Notes: generated by a model not told the origin, from the sequence alone. A stretch of 50,322 bases of DNA, filler included, from Bipalium vagum (GCA_037834085.1; 2 parts of 2 records of this genome joined end to end with filler, not necessarily neighbours in it); one strand, 5' to 3'; positions 30,041-42,720 are shown, counted from the whole stretch's first letter. Program-made: numbers and translations.

Positions 30041-30544
30041 ACGTAATATGTAAATCAATATTTCCAAATTTTAATTTTAACACAAAAGAATAAATGTTTC
30101 GATTTCAATAAATGTTCTGTTACTTCAAATTTTTCATGAAAAGAGTGGCTTTCTGGTGATTTTATTTATTCTTTAAATTCCTTCTAGATCCTAGAAAGAG
30201 TTAAATTGGACATTTTCATATCTGTAATATAATAATATTTTTAATTTTTTACTAATTATTTACTTAGGAATCTATTAAATTAATGTAAATAAACAAAACA
30301 TATTTATAATTTTAATATTAAATTTTCTATGTTAAAACTTTTTTCCGCACAAAATTTTTTTTATTACATTAATCTTAAATAAATAAATAACATAAATATC
30401 GAAAAAAATAAAAACATTTCATTTCGACAAAAGTAAACATTTACCAAATATTTTTATATGAAATAAAAATTAAAAGATTTGTCTTTAATTTATAAAGCAA
30501 GCAATTAAATATCTCAATTTGCTTAAGAAATATTTAAGTTTACT

Positions 30545-30573
30545 TTTCACGGTGACTTATGGGACACCCTGTA
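30545..30573 (+). mobile_element. Orphan Tc1/mariner-type terminus
   Basis: ...GACTTATGGGACACCCTG followed by TA, which reads TA|CAGGGTGTCCCATAAGTC on the other strand. Same CAGGGTG start as the TIR at 38125. Confidence 0.55.
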
Positions 30574-30642
30574 TAATAAACGACGATCCTGATATTCGTG
30601 TGCTTATTAATGCCAAATTTGTTGGTGTCACTTTCTCCACGG

Positions 30643-31050
30643 TGTTGGGTTTACCCAAGACACCCTCTCGGGGAGGGGAAATCTAACCAAAGAAAATCAT
30701 AAAAACGGTATAGATGTTAAAAAATAATAATAATATTAATAATTAAATTTAATTAACACTTGAAAAACAATTAAAAATTCCAGATATTTTTATTTTGAAA
30801 ATACTTAGGAAATAAAATAACCCCCCAAAAGTATTTTTTATTTTTAAAGAAGTCCAAAAGAGGTATTTTGTAAATATTAATGATCATCAGAAAATTTTTT
30901 TTAGGGAATTTTAGAATTTTAATAAAATTTTTAGAATTTTAAGTGTTAAGGTTTGGCGATGATTTGTTGAACTGATATGAAATAACAAGAATTTAGATAC
31001 CTTAACAAGATTTCGACTCTCAGAAGGATTTATGGATGAACGTAAGGAGC
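30643..31050 (+). repeat. LTR-like dispersed repeat beginning TGTTGGGTTTACCCAAGA (uninterrupted 5' part)
   Basis: Collinear with the reverse complement of 50138-50056 plus 48248-47985. The first 18 nt are identical to the reverse complement of 50121-50138. Confidence 0.65.
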
Positions 31051-31152
31051 ACAATAACACAATAAAAACAATTATCAAAACGATCACAATTAACTAAGAG
31101 AACTCGATTTAATATCAAAATCTTTATTATAAATTCTGATTTTACAAACGTT

Positions 31153-31252
31153 NNNNNNNNNNNNNNNNNNNNNNNNNNNNNNNNNNNNNNNNNNNNTTAA
31201 TTAATTAANNNNNNNNNNNNNNNNNNNNNNNNNNNNNNNNNNNNNNNNNNNN
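31153..31252. other. Assembly gap with artificial six-frame-stop linker
   Basis: N44-TTAATTAATTAA-N44, exactly 100 nt. Confidence 0.95.
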
Positions 31253-31469
31253 CTCCTGTTTCATTATAATTATTGATAATTTCATTATAGTTTTCTAATC
31301 TTTTATCAATATGAGTTCCTGGCAGAACTTCTATTCTAAAGTTTGTATTATATAATCATTTTAAAACTATAACTACAAATGCAATAAATAGAAAATTAAC
31401 AATATATTAGAAAAAACATGTAGCTGCAAAAAAGAAAGTGAAAACAATAATTTTTTTGTCAAAAATCCA

Positions 31470-31890
31470 TAATAATAATAATGGATTCATGTCGATCACA
31501 GATAACTGATAAAGTAAAAAAGTTATTAAACAAGTATTCAAAATTGAATATTTTTTCAGAGGGGTTGACTAAAAAGTTAAAACAACTAGATTTCACTGTA
31601 AATAAATCATTCAAATATATGATTAGTGAGACCATGAATATACAAAATCAGCTAAAATGAAACTTGCATCTTATGAATATATATGTATCTGGATTGTAAG
31701 TGCGTGGGAGCAAATTTCAGTCACGTGTATTATAAATGGATTTAATAAGTGTTTAAGTAATGTTCTAATTATAGAAAATTATGAAATCCATAATAAAAAT
31801 GAAGAGAATTTGTTTGTTGTTCACGAAGAAATTTAAAATTATATCTATTCTCTAAATTTTGAATCAGATAATTTTTCTGGTTTTGATTAA
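31470..31890 (+). mobile_element. pogo-family (DDE_1) transposase C-terminal relic
   Basis: IIIMDSCRSQITDKVK / FSEGLTKKLKQLDFTVNKSFK / HEYTKSAKMKLASYEYICIWIVSAWEQISVTCIINGFNKC resemble pogo LVMDSFRAHLT, IPGGLTSLLQPLDVSVNKPFK and W..AW..I....I..SFKKC. Confidence 0.75.
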
Positions 31891-32274
31891 ATAAATATTG
31901 CTCATATTGTTATATAGTATTGCGACATGCCTATCGGTTTCAAATTATGTAATTTGAAATTTAATATTGATGAGTATTAAGAAAGGCAACGCGCATCTAA
32001 CAGATAACACAATTCAAAAGATTGTGCAGATAATGCCGGGTTTTTGCCCAGAATACACTATAGGAAACCAAAACCGGATACATTTTAAATATCAAAATTT
32101 AAGATGATTTTGAGAAATATAATTATAATTTGAAATAAATAACGTGAAAATGATCTTATTACATTTATAAATAGTTTTAAAATTATATGATAATATAAAA
32201 ATGAATATAAAAAAATATTACTGTTTTAATATATTTTTTAAAATAACACGAAACAAGAAATCGGAAAAATTTAT

Positions 32275-33290
32275 TTAATACTTAGTATGATTTCCTTTAT
32301 TTCTCAAAAGATTTTTCACAACGATTAGGCATACTTGAACTAATTTTTACAAAGTTCTAATGGGATTTCGTGTCATATTTCTAATTTTTTCTATAATCAT
32401 TGGTTTTGTAGAAATTCTATATTTCCTGACCTTTTGTTTAACATAATCCCAAAGATATTCGATCGGATTAAGACCCGGAGATTGGAAAGGCCAACCAGCT
32501 ACTGATATTTTGGTTTGAAAGAAGAAATTCTTTATAAATGCTGAAGTATGTTTCGGGTCATTGTCATGCTGAAATATAAAATTTTCTCCTAGTCCCATTT
32601 GAATAGCCGAATCCAAAAGATTTTCAGACAGAATTTTCTTATATGAAAACCTGTCCATTGTTCCATCAATAAAAATTAATGATCCCACTCCTTTGAATGA
32701 TATACATCCGCAAATTATTAATGATCTACTTCCAAATTTAACCGTTGGTTGAATATATTTTTTTTTTCAGTTTAGAGTTTGGTGGGCCCCAACATCTACA
32801 ACCATCAGAATAAATAAGTTAATTTTGTTTTCATGCCTAAATAAAACTTTGTCCCATTGTGTTAGTGTCCCAACTCAATTGCATTGCCACAGTCAACCTG
32901 GCCTTTATATTTTAATTGGTAAGACGTGATGTTTTCAATGGTACTGAGCTCTTAAAACTATTACCCTTAAGTGCATATTGAATTGTTTTGTTTAAAACAT
33001 TCTTATCTTTCTCTTTTGCTAATATTTTCGCCAGTGTTAGAAATGATATTAATGGCAATTTTTTCATTTTTAACCAGAAAGCCTTTTATCTTCATTTAAC
33101 GAACATTTTTGACATGACTCTTAATCATAACAGTCTTGTATTTATTATATTTTCTTACAATATCATGGACTTATAGACTTTGGAATTCTCGTATTTCCCG
33201 AAATATTTGTAATGGTGAGTTCATTTAGTTTTAAAAGTCGGATAATTTCAAATCTAATTGATAAATTATTTTCTTCAGTTATTATTTGCA
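32275..33290 (-). mobile_element. Near full-length decayed Tc1 (DD34E) transposase
   Basis: HTH relic (VHDIVRKYNKY), then WDKVLFRHENKINLF, QPTVKFGSRSLII, FQHD-(34 aa)-E (HDNDPKHT...SPGLNPIEYLW), ending NKGNHTKY* at 32275. Confidence 0.88.
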
Positions 33291-33309
33291 TCGATTTTTT
33301 TTTGCAGAA

Positions 33310-34228
33310 CTAATCCGCTTAGTCAATTGTTGGATGTTTTCAGCTTTGGCATAGATTAATTGAGCTAATTTGCCAAAAAATCTTCAATGAAAAGACATTG
33401 AAGGAAATTTGTGGTATAACGTGAAGATGCTTTTTCAGGCCAGAATACTTAATCGTCTTTTGAATGATACCGTTAAATAAAATTATCTTCTGTAAACATT
33501 GTTCCTGATAAACTTTTGGATTGATAGCCAAACCACCAGGCTTGAAATAAGGCTTTGAGATTTCTTTTTCTGAAACACAAATGTATAGCATAACTTTTGG
33601 ATCAAACTTTTTCTTGAATTTTTATTGCACTTTGCATAAAATATATTGAATCCCGGTATTTGTGGTGCGCTTAGTGCAAAATATTTTCCATTATTCTTTT
33701 TCTCAAATTTCGAACCATCAGTTTGACTTTATATCAAAATCTGCTCCTGAGTGTTTTCTGCATTTCATTTTCTTTCTGCATTTAATATTAAGATTCACCA
33801 GCACTTGCTGATGTTGGATTTATTAAAATTAAACTGTTTAGCCGCTTGTCGTTTATTCACACCATTTTGTTGTTTAATTTCGATTTAAGCTTTTGGAATT
33901 TTTTTCGCCATTAAAATGCCCATCTGATGAGATTCAGATTTCTGTATCGCATTTTCCCGATTCAGGATGCCATAAATGGTGCGTCTTGGTAAACCTTCAG
34001 CCATGAAATGGTTGACAGTGAATATCTTACCAAATTCTTCATTGAGTTAATAAAAATGCCAAATTCGTTTTCGAAGCTCTTCTTGCTTAGATGGCATTTC
34101 TTTTATCAATCACAATAAAATAAAGAAAACAAAGGCGTTTTAATGTGATATTACTCATTCAGTAATCTCGCGAAAATTAATTTTATAAATAATCAAACCT
34201 AGCGCGATTTTTTTGTCACCAGCCGTTA
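33310..34228 (-). mobile_element. Decayed ITmD37E-like transposase
   Basis: Starts MPSKQEELRKRIW at 34097; then KYFALSAPQIPGFNIFYA, KFDPKVMLYICVSEKEISKPYF...INPKVYQEQCLQK and VFWPEKASSRY (compare LFWPDLASCHY). Tentative terminus near 34226 plus TA. Confidence 0.72.
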
Positions 34229-34604
34229 GCATTGCTATTCATTTAATACAGATAAACAAATATCTTATCATTATGTATATATTAACTTTTAATAGTATAA
34301 TTCATAAAAACTTATGGGGGTGAACATACTTATTTGTTTTATACTTTTTTTACTATTTACCCTTTTAATATTTTACCCTTACTCTTACTTTGAGTAGCGT
34401 AATTCCTTAATGACTTAATCTTACTGTCGCCAACTTCTTTATACATAGATGCCATTAATTTTAATATTAGTGTCTATTTATTTTTTAAATACAGTCTGAT
34501 ACATTAGGTTGTCCAATACAAAAAATTCAACACTTTCAATTAAATAAATGTATATAAATAAATATATATGGTTTCAGTAATTTGGTTCAATAATTCAATA
34601 ATTA

Positions 34605-34715
34605 CCTCTTCTGCCGTGGCCAGCAATCAGTCCCAATACTAACCACATCTAAAATGTGTGGGGGCGCATGAAACATCAGCTTAATCATATGTTCATAAAG
34701 CCAACTACATAATAA
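34605..34715 (+). mobile_element. Short Tc1 C-terminal catalytic fragment
   Basis: LLPWPAISPNTNHI*NVWGRMKHQL (compare WPARSPDLNPIENVW). Confidence 0.7.
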
Positions 34716-34859
34716 TTTTTGTGAAAGAGTTTTATAACTTCTTAATTATATAGTGATTTTTAAATTTACACATTTTTAAGTACCCTTTTAAAAGTATTAT
34801 TTGTTTAAATAATAAATAGATTTTGTAATGTTTTGGAATTAAATAAATGCTTTCTCTAA

Positions 34860-35435
34860 TTAGGTTTGCGAAATAGTCGAAGAATACCTAACACGCTTTG
34901 ATCAAGTGGGTATCTAAGAAATTCAAAAAGTTGAAGTTCTAAAATTTTGAAAGTTACAGACCATTTTTGGAAAATGCTGGAATCTAAATATCGATACTGA
35001 AATAATACATAAAAAAATTTCTTTTTATGTTAATCTTTTGTTAGATCAATTAAATAGTCAAATCAGAAATGCTTATTTTATCAGATTTAATACAAGATCT
35101 TGAAATGAAATGTCCTCTTTAACGATTTATAATGATTGGCTGAATTGCAAGGTAATTATCAATCACTGGATAATGAAGAGCTTATATCTGAAATAGATAA
35201 TTAAAGGTGAAAATGAAGACGATGATCTTGAGGATAAAAAAATAAATGAAAAAAAACAGTGACTTAGAAAATGAAAACATTTCTGAATCATTAAATGCAC
35301 ACAAATGTTTGATAAAATATTGGGAACAATAGCCTGATGATGATTGGTCAGGAATCAAAGGACTTCTTTTAATTCAAAGAGAACTTGATTTAAAAATAGA
35401 AAAATAACCACGTTATTGGATTATTTTAAATAAAT
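34860..35435 (+). mobile_element. Tigger/CENP-B-like (pogo) transposase C-terminal relic
   Basis: DWLNC..YQSLDNEELISE, an acidic tract ENEDDDLED, LIKYWEQ, and a TTLLDYFK* ending typical of Tigger-type C-termini. Confidence 0.6.
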
Positions 35436-36689
35436 TTTTGATTGATTTTTAAATAATTGTTAATAAATTATCGATTGTTATATGACATATAGTTTATGAT
35501 TTTATAATTTGATAAAATTATTATTTTTCCTGTCCGGGAAAGTGTGGAATTATTTTGCTGAAAATTTATACAAATCAATGGTTTCAAGGCTAAAAGATTT
35601 TTTGCATTTAGATTTCAGATAGATTCCTAAATTTCAGTATCCTGGAAACTATTCTATCAGACTACACGTGTTCGACCAATACAATGATTGTAAGACGACC
35701 TTAGAAATTTATTCATGATTATTTAGAGTTATCGAGTTTCAAAATTTCGATATTCATAAACTTTCAAATGAAGTTGATAGTTCAGCTCAAACTTGAACAT
35801 TTTTATAGAGAATTTAAAGCGCAAATTTTTCAAATTGAAAAGTAAAATTTCTCTGTCTTCATCGCTGGTTTATCAAGTAAGGTAGGTGCTTATCAAGCCT
35901 CCTTCACACTCAGAACGTTTTTTCCTAAAAAATGTTCTTAATAACCAATCGAAATTTATTGAACTTGAGAATCTTTCTGTTTTATTCAATCTTTATAATA
36001 GTCAATTATAATAATGAAAATATTTTTATTGTCTGCTCATAACTGTTTTTATCGTTTTTTCTATCATTTCTCGCTTTGGGAAAACTGATCAAAAGATTGA
36101 TAATTACAATTTTCAATGCGGTCAAAAAGAAAACAAACAATTCCATCTTGTTAAGGAACACCTGAAAATTTTTTTATTTGATATTCTGAGTAAATTAATC
36201 TTTTTGAAGATTGATTGAATTGCTGAACAACTAAATTTATATTTTGAATTCAATGAAAAGGTATTAGGAATCGAAAAAAACTGAGTGCATATTTTAAAAT
36301 ATGAATAAAAAATTTTTTTCTTAACATTTTTGAATTATCTATCTTCAAACCAACAAAATCATCACTTTTTAAACTCTGCTGTCAAGTCTCACACCTATCT
36401 ATATAAATCTAAGAGAAATAGCTGAAAATGCTATTACTTTTTGTGGTCAAAATTTAATTTACTATTGTTTTTAAAAAATTGAATAATAAATATATAATAC
36501 CTTACAAATAATAAACTAAGGATCAAGACAAGTAAAAAAAATTTAAAGAATGTTGAGTAATACTATAATTTTGACTGAGGCCAAGACAGATTAAAAATAA
36601 AACTAGGTCATTAACAAAGTCAACGAGATTTCTTATTGACAGTGTTACAACTATGGTTTTTAATATCCTATTTCATTTGTTTATTTTAG

Positions 36690-37165
36690 AGTAAACTTGG
36701 TGCGATACGCATTCCTAATCAAATCCCAACAGCGTGTCTTTTACACACTTTGTAACATGTGGAGGAGTATTATCTTGCAATAGAATGACTTTGAACCTAT
36801 TATTTACAGTTTTTTGTCGATCTCCTGTGATGGTTTATTATAGGTTTATTATTATATTATATTATAGAAGGTTACAATAAATAACACATTGATCCCATAA
36901 AATCCACAGCATTGGTTTTTTGTCATAGATATTGCGTTTTAAAGTCAATCCAACTAACCTTTTACATTTTTGATTGTCGAGCTATATCCATTTTCGTCTC
37001 CAGTTATTATCTGCAAAGAAAAAATAATTTTTTCGTGTTTAGAAATATATGGAACTGAGGTGCTCCAACAGTTCTCAGTTGAATATTTGTCAAATCATAT
37101 GGGACCAATTTTCCTTACTTCTTTATGTTCCCCATCTCATCCAAACGATTTGAAATAAGAGCAGT
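36690..37165 (-). mobile_element. Decayed mariner (Mos1-like) transposase core
   Basis: ISNRLDEMG..K.VPYDLT, IITGDE, KKPMLWILWDQCVIY and KVILLQDNTPPHVTKCVKDTL...HQVYS. Confidence 0.8.
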
Positions 37166-37424
37166 ACTACATACATCTAATATTAATGTAATAAATATGA
37201 TGATAATAAATATGATGATAAAATGATAAATAAGCGTACTTTAAGTTTCACTTTTCAAGAATATATTAATTTATAAATATGTGGGAATCGTCAATCAAAA
37301 AGAAAAGAAGATAAACATTGGTTTAGTTGATAAAAAGAATTGCAATCAAACATTTTAAACTTTTATTTGTGATTTTAATTTTGAACATTTTCATTGAACA
37401 TTTTAATTGTAATACGAATCTTAC

Positions 37425-37634
37425 GTTTTTTATTTGATAAATATTCTATTTGAAGTAATAAATAATTTTTTTTATTAAATTAATAATAATAATAAAGTAA
37501 AATAAATAAATTTTAAAAAAACCTGAAGGCATATCCACATACAAAGCAGCAAACAGCAAGCCGCGAGCAAGATCTAAAATAGAATTAATAAAAATAATAT
37601 TAAATAAACCTGTGGGAAGAATTTTTCCTGGTAC
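37425..37634 (-). other. Candidate micro-exon cluster (25, 51 and 21 nt) of an unidentified gene
   Basis: Exons 37634-37610, 37573-37523 and 37445-37425, each bounded by a U-rich TAG acceptor and a GT donor; introns 36 and 77 nt. The 25- and 51-nt pieces are GC-richer than their flanks. The reading frame is undetermined. Confidence 0.45.
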
Positions 37635-38122
37635 CTAAAAAATAAAAGTAAAAATGAACGTAATAAAATAAAAAAACCTACATAAAAATCAGTTAGATTA
37701 TAATGAGTTAATTGGTAATGGGCTTAAGACACCAAAATAATATATTAATCAATATTATATTTGGACCCATTCAAATAATCAATTCAGAAATAGATTTAGA
37801 AATCTTATAAAAACTTTGTAAAACTATAAATTAAAAATCTCCTACTTTTATTTACAAAAATAAAACGTTTAAACAATAATTTTTTAAGATTTAACATTAA
37901 TATAATGCTATTTCCTTAAAAGGTTAAGGTCGTACGGATAATTATTATATATTAATAATCAGAAAAAATTTAAATTTAGAAAATTTAGAAATTTTCATTA
38001 TTAAAAATCTACACCAATCTTTATAAATAAACGCATTAATAATGATAGTATTATAAACGCCGAAAACTTTTTACATACCCGTTGATTTTTTTAAAAAAAT
38101 TTATGTTTCAAACATTTATATA

Positions 38123-38760
38123 TACAGGGTGACCAGAAATAACCCGTCCTTAAAGTTTCAGTCATTTTACATAGAAACTAACATTTATTATAACATATAT
38201 TTTTCACAATATTAGCTAACAAAAATTTTCAAAATGTCCTCCTTGGGCTTTGATACACAGCTGAAGACGTTTAGGAAAATTATCTATGATGAGCCGCAGC
38301 TCTGCTGGAGTGAATAGATCCCATTCCCGGCACAACGAGCGTTTCAGAACATCCAAACTTTTGTGAGGTTTGCCACAAGCCCTGGACTCAAAAATTGACC
38401 AGACACTATAATCCAAAGGATTGAGATCGCACGAGTATGGAGGTCATTCTTCAGCCGTGATGAAATTCGGGAAATTTGCTTTACACCAGTCCTGCGTAGA
38501 TTTGGCTTGATGGGAAGGCGCGGAATCTTGTTGAAAAGTCCAAGATACGTTTCCAAAGTGATGTTGAGCCCAGGGTAGCACTACATCCTCCAGAATCAGT
38601 TTTTGATATATATCTTTATTGATTTTCACTCCTGATTCAATGAAAACGAGAGGGGTTTTTCCGGTTGCACAAATTCCAGCCCATACCATAACAGATTGGG
38701 GATTTTGACGATGTTGAACTATTGAAGAATTGCCCGGAGATTTTATTGACCAAATCAGTA
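38123..38760 (-). mobile_element. 5'-truncated maT (DD37D) element with intact 3' TIR
   Basis: SVMVWAGICATGKTPLVF...FQQD-(37 aa)-DYSVW...KRLQLCIKAQGGHFENFC*. Only one in-frame stop (W to TGA at 38444-38446) in about 180 codons. TA|CAGGGTGACCAGAAATAACCCGTCC begins at 38123. Confidence 0.9.
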
Positions 38761-39034
38761 GAACTTCGACACGCTGAGACTTCATCTTGATAGAAAATTA
38801 TTATTCTAAAAACACGTTTTTTGTTAGTTGAGGGATTTAATGTTCCTTTAAAGACCAGGGTAAGACCAAATTCACTATAGGAATCTACATATCTACACAG
38901 TTAAATGCATTGAATGAGGACTGAGTTTGCGCAAGATGTGGGTTAAGTGTATACCAAATTTTACAGTTATGGTGATGACTATGACTAAGTGAAATATTAA
39001 ATTTGTGATTACTAAATGTTACTAATTTAATTTT

Positions 39035-39400
39035 TTTTCACCAACCAAGTTGCAAACTGAATACGTCTAACTTTATCTCAATCATACAAAGTTTGATGCA
39101 CTTCAATTTTTGTTTCAACAATCTTAAATCTCTTGCTGATATGTTGTGTATATATGATCTATTCATACTGATTTCTCGAAATTTGACAAATGGAAGTTAA
39201 ACCCGAAAATTTTTCAAGAGGTACTTGAATGGCATTAACATTTTTATCTTATTCAATAGAGGGACGATCCGATCATGGTAAGTCTAAGAATTAACCTTGG
39301 AAGAATTTGTTAATTATTTTAGGTATTTTTAATGCAGTAAACGAGTGTTTTACTAAACGTGACGTCTTTTGTATTCTCTCATACATCTTGTATCACTTTT
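39035..39400 (-). mobile_element. rosa-like transposase N-terminal relic
   Basis: IINKFFQG*FLDLP*SDRPS...KIEVHQTLYD*DKVRRIQFATWL (compare VLDLPRSGRP...KIQLVQEL..DK.RR..FA.W). Confidence 0.65.
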
Positions 39401-40319
39401 GATAGAAAAAAATGTAGTATTTATACATTAAACATTAAACATTTATATTTACAACTTTATATGCATACTTTAAAATAAAAACTAAAGATATTTCCATTGT
39501 ACATACCATATATATTAAACAAAAAACAAATACTGGTGAAAATTAAATTACAAAAATTATTCATCAAAATTTTCAGGATATGTTTGGGTTGGCTTTGAAT
39601 TATTATACTTCGCTTTGTCTTTTTCGAACAGAAATATGTAGAAAATTTTTTTATTGATACTTCGATCTAACTCTAAAATTGAGGAAGGGAATAATTAAGA
39701 AATTCTTTGTTAATATATAATTTGACATCAATATTATACCAGATTGTCTCTGCTTAAATAAAACAAATAATATTCTTTATTTGAGATGTTGAATCTTCTT
39801 TGGGGGGTACTTGAAGATGTGGTTTTTTGTATGTATATATAATTTGATTCTTTAGAGTACGTAGAATGGCGAACAAAAAATAAAATATTAAAATATATCA
39901 ATATCTGAAATTTATTAAGATTTTGATAATGACTTTCGTTATTAAAGTGTACTCTACTTTAATTAGATAACCTCAAGTATCTGTCCAGATGTTTTACATT
40001 TTTTCATTTAAAATCTAATAACTTTGATAAAAAATTATTTCAAATTCAGATTTTCACATTATAAATGATTCTCTCTTCTACTAGGTAGAACTATTTTCAA
40101 CAAAAAAATATAAGAATAACAATTTTATTTAGGGTGCAAAAAGTAAATATCATCCATACTATTTTTTCTGTATTCTCATTATTTGGTATGTCATACTTTT
40201 GCTTTCAAATCATCCAAAATCATGCGTGGAATGTTGTCAATTCTTTGTAAGCATTGTTCTTAAGTTATTTTATTGATTTTTTATTGAATGTGTCAATTCA
40301 TCTTTTAAAATATTACAAA

Positions 40320-40766
40320 AATGCCGATGGAATTATGGTATGGGATGCCATATGCTTTGGATTCCGGTCATTCCTTGTGTTAGGATTAATTTTAATGATA
40401 TTCGATACATCAATAAATTTCAAAGGCCCATATTATTCCCATTAATGGAAACATTTGCAGACTGTTTTTTAAAAATACTTAATTAGAGATGCCATGTATA
40501 ACTTCAAATTTTTTGCAAGAATCAGAAGTGGAAACAATATCTTGATCAGCATATTCACCAGTTTTATCTACAATTGAACATGTGTGGGATATCATGAGTT
40601 GTCACCTATCATTTTCTCCCGGTATTCCTGAAACAATTGAATAATTAAAAATTATTACTAAATATGAAACAAAATACCAAGCGGAAAAAATTTTCTACTT
40701 ACTTTTATATCTATTAGAAGAATCCAAGACTGTGTGGTAATACGAGAGTGACATGACTCTTACTGA
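40320..40766 (+). mobile_element. Tc1 catalytic-half relic
   Basis: GIMVWDAICFG, AYSPVLSTIEHVWDIM and RRIQDCVVIRE*HDSY*. Confidence 0.75.
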
Positions 40767-41589
40767 TATCTTTAATTGTTTTCAATGTAAATTTATTAAT
40801 TTTATACAATTTGATCAAATATATTTTTTAATTTTATTGTTGGAAAATCAGAAATGTTATTGATACAGAGACAAGACAAGATATAAAAAATTACCAATAT
40901 TCAACTAACGATTATTGTAAAAAATCATACGTAAAATTTAATCAAGGTAATTCTAAGTCAATTTACCCGAGGAATAGTACGAACTTATATCGAGGTAACG
41001 ATACAAGTGATACGTTAACTTCGTGATTTTCGAATAAACCACAAATCAAAGAAGTAAATCTAAAAAATTAAATAAGTGTTATGAAAAAACATTGATTTTA
41101 TTTCCAGTCATAATCATATGCTTATCGACAGGACTAATTATTTTCTTTGGAATATTATTAATAATTAATGGTAATTAATTTCATTATTAATTATTATTTG
41201 GATCGTGCCTTTGGTGAACCAAACAAGAGATATTGATTGTTTCTTGTCTATACCAGAAGAATATCCGCAAATTTTAGTTTAACTTTTTGACTTAAGATTC
41301 TTTTGCTTTGATGTTTTTGATATATTTTGATTTTATGGATCTTAATCATACAAGATAAATAATTTTTATTTTCTCTATATTTCCGGAATGCAGTATCGTA
41401 CTCATCGTCATTCATAATCGGGTATTATTATTTGTATACTCATTAATTATGAATTACCAATATGATTCACTGTAATTAATTGAAAGTACAAATTGATCTT
41501 TTTAAAATAAAGATTATGTGTGATAATTATAATTATTACTCCGATGATATTTATTTTTATTGCTTTAATGGTTGTTGATTATGAGTTAT

Positions 41590-41790
41590 CCACCTCCCGA
41601 TATTCATATGGTTTTTGTTTTTGAATGTTAAATGAAACCATATAAAGATCTCTATTTGTGTTTGCACTTTTTACCTAATGACACATTTTTAATCCCACTC
41701 TAGATACACTGCATAACTTCAGATCCATTGAAATTCTGTTTCGACTTTGATATACCGGGTTCAATAGGTTTCACTTAGTTAATTTTACTA
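41590..41790 (-). mobile_element. Short mariner relic
   Basis: PIEPGISKSKQNFNGSEVMQCI*SG (compare [25 protein letters not shown]). Confidence 0.55.
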
Positions 41791-42442
41791 AATTAAGATA
41801 GTTCAGGTTATTTTTTTCTTGAAAAAGAATGTTGAAAAACTAATAAAATATCAAAATTTTATAAAACTAAAAAGCCAAATTAAGGATGAAATACATAATA
41901 ACTAATAAAATAAAATTGTAAGAGAAATAAACTAAAATTGATAAAAATAAAACCAAAATTAAAGTTTCTACTATAAGTTTTCAAAATAGTGAAGTAAAAT
42001 TTTTAAAAGAATGATTTTATCAAGCAACTTGAACGTCCTTGTAAAATGTGGGTATTTTAAATGCATTTCAACCAGATAATATTAAGGTCAAATTTTGGTT
42101 AAAATCCATGTAAAGAAATAAAATGAAATTGTAATTATAGAATTTGTTGATTAAGAGAACCATCAAAATTCCTTGGGTAAAATTATATTATCTATTTTTT
42201 CCAACTAAAGCCAGGTTAATATCACTTAAATATAAATTCAAAGGTTCTATCTTAGATTAGTATTGTAATAGAAAAAAATATTTTGTCCATGTTTTGTCAA
42301 AGTTCCAAACAACATCAATTGAGTCACTTTACTTTTGTTTCAATGGTTTTGTCGGGTAATACCATTTTCAACTCACAGGACTAAAATCTGCCAACTGACA
42401 CAAATTGGTTAATTTTACTTTATCAGATATAATTACAGGATT

Positions 42443-42720
42443 TTAATCACTACTAATATGCAAATTTATTAGCCAATTCAAAAACAGTTTTTTGAATAAT
42501 AACGGATATAGGTCAGTTTTCTTTTTTGATTTTAACACATTTCTGACATCACTTCCAAGAAGTTTGAATCGTCCTGATGCAGTATAGCATTTACCAAATT
42601 TAATATTTCGGACAATGCCTCGTTCTGCAAAATTGGATGTTTGGATTTTTGATGCAGTGTCGCTAATTTTTGAAAAGATGAATGAAAAATCCCCTGGGTT
42701 AAGGTGAAGCATAACATTAT
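42443..42720 (-). mobile_element. Possible Sola2-like transposase C-terminal relic
   Basis: KIQTSNFAERGIVR resembles the VVNDxAERGVKL motif. Single motif only. Confidence 0.3.

Noticed and set aside
31197-31208. Palindromic TTAATTAATTAA island within the Ns
   Set aside because: A symmetric N44 linker with stops in all six frames is a scaffolding artefact. Contiguity across it is not guaranteed.
37500-37770. Possible mitochondrial insertion (NUMT), suggested by the T-rich minus strand
   Set aside because: No recognisable mitochondrial protein or RNA; the T-rich tracts are better explained as short introns.
39576-39600. GATATGTTTGGGTT resembles miR-190
   Set aside because: No complementary arm nearby to form a precursor hairpin.
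41752-41775. CCGGGTTCAAT resembles a tRNA T-arm
   Set aside because: No closing stem or cloverleaf, and it lies inside a mariner relic.
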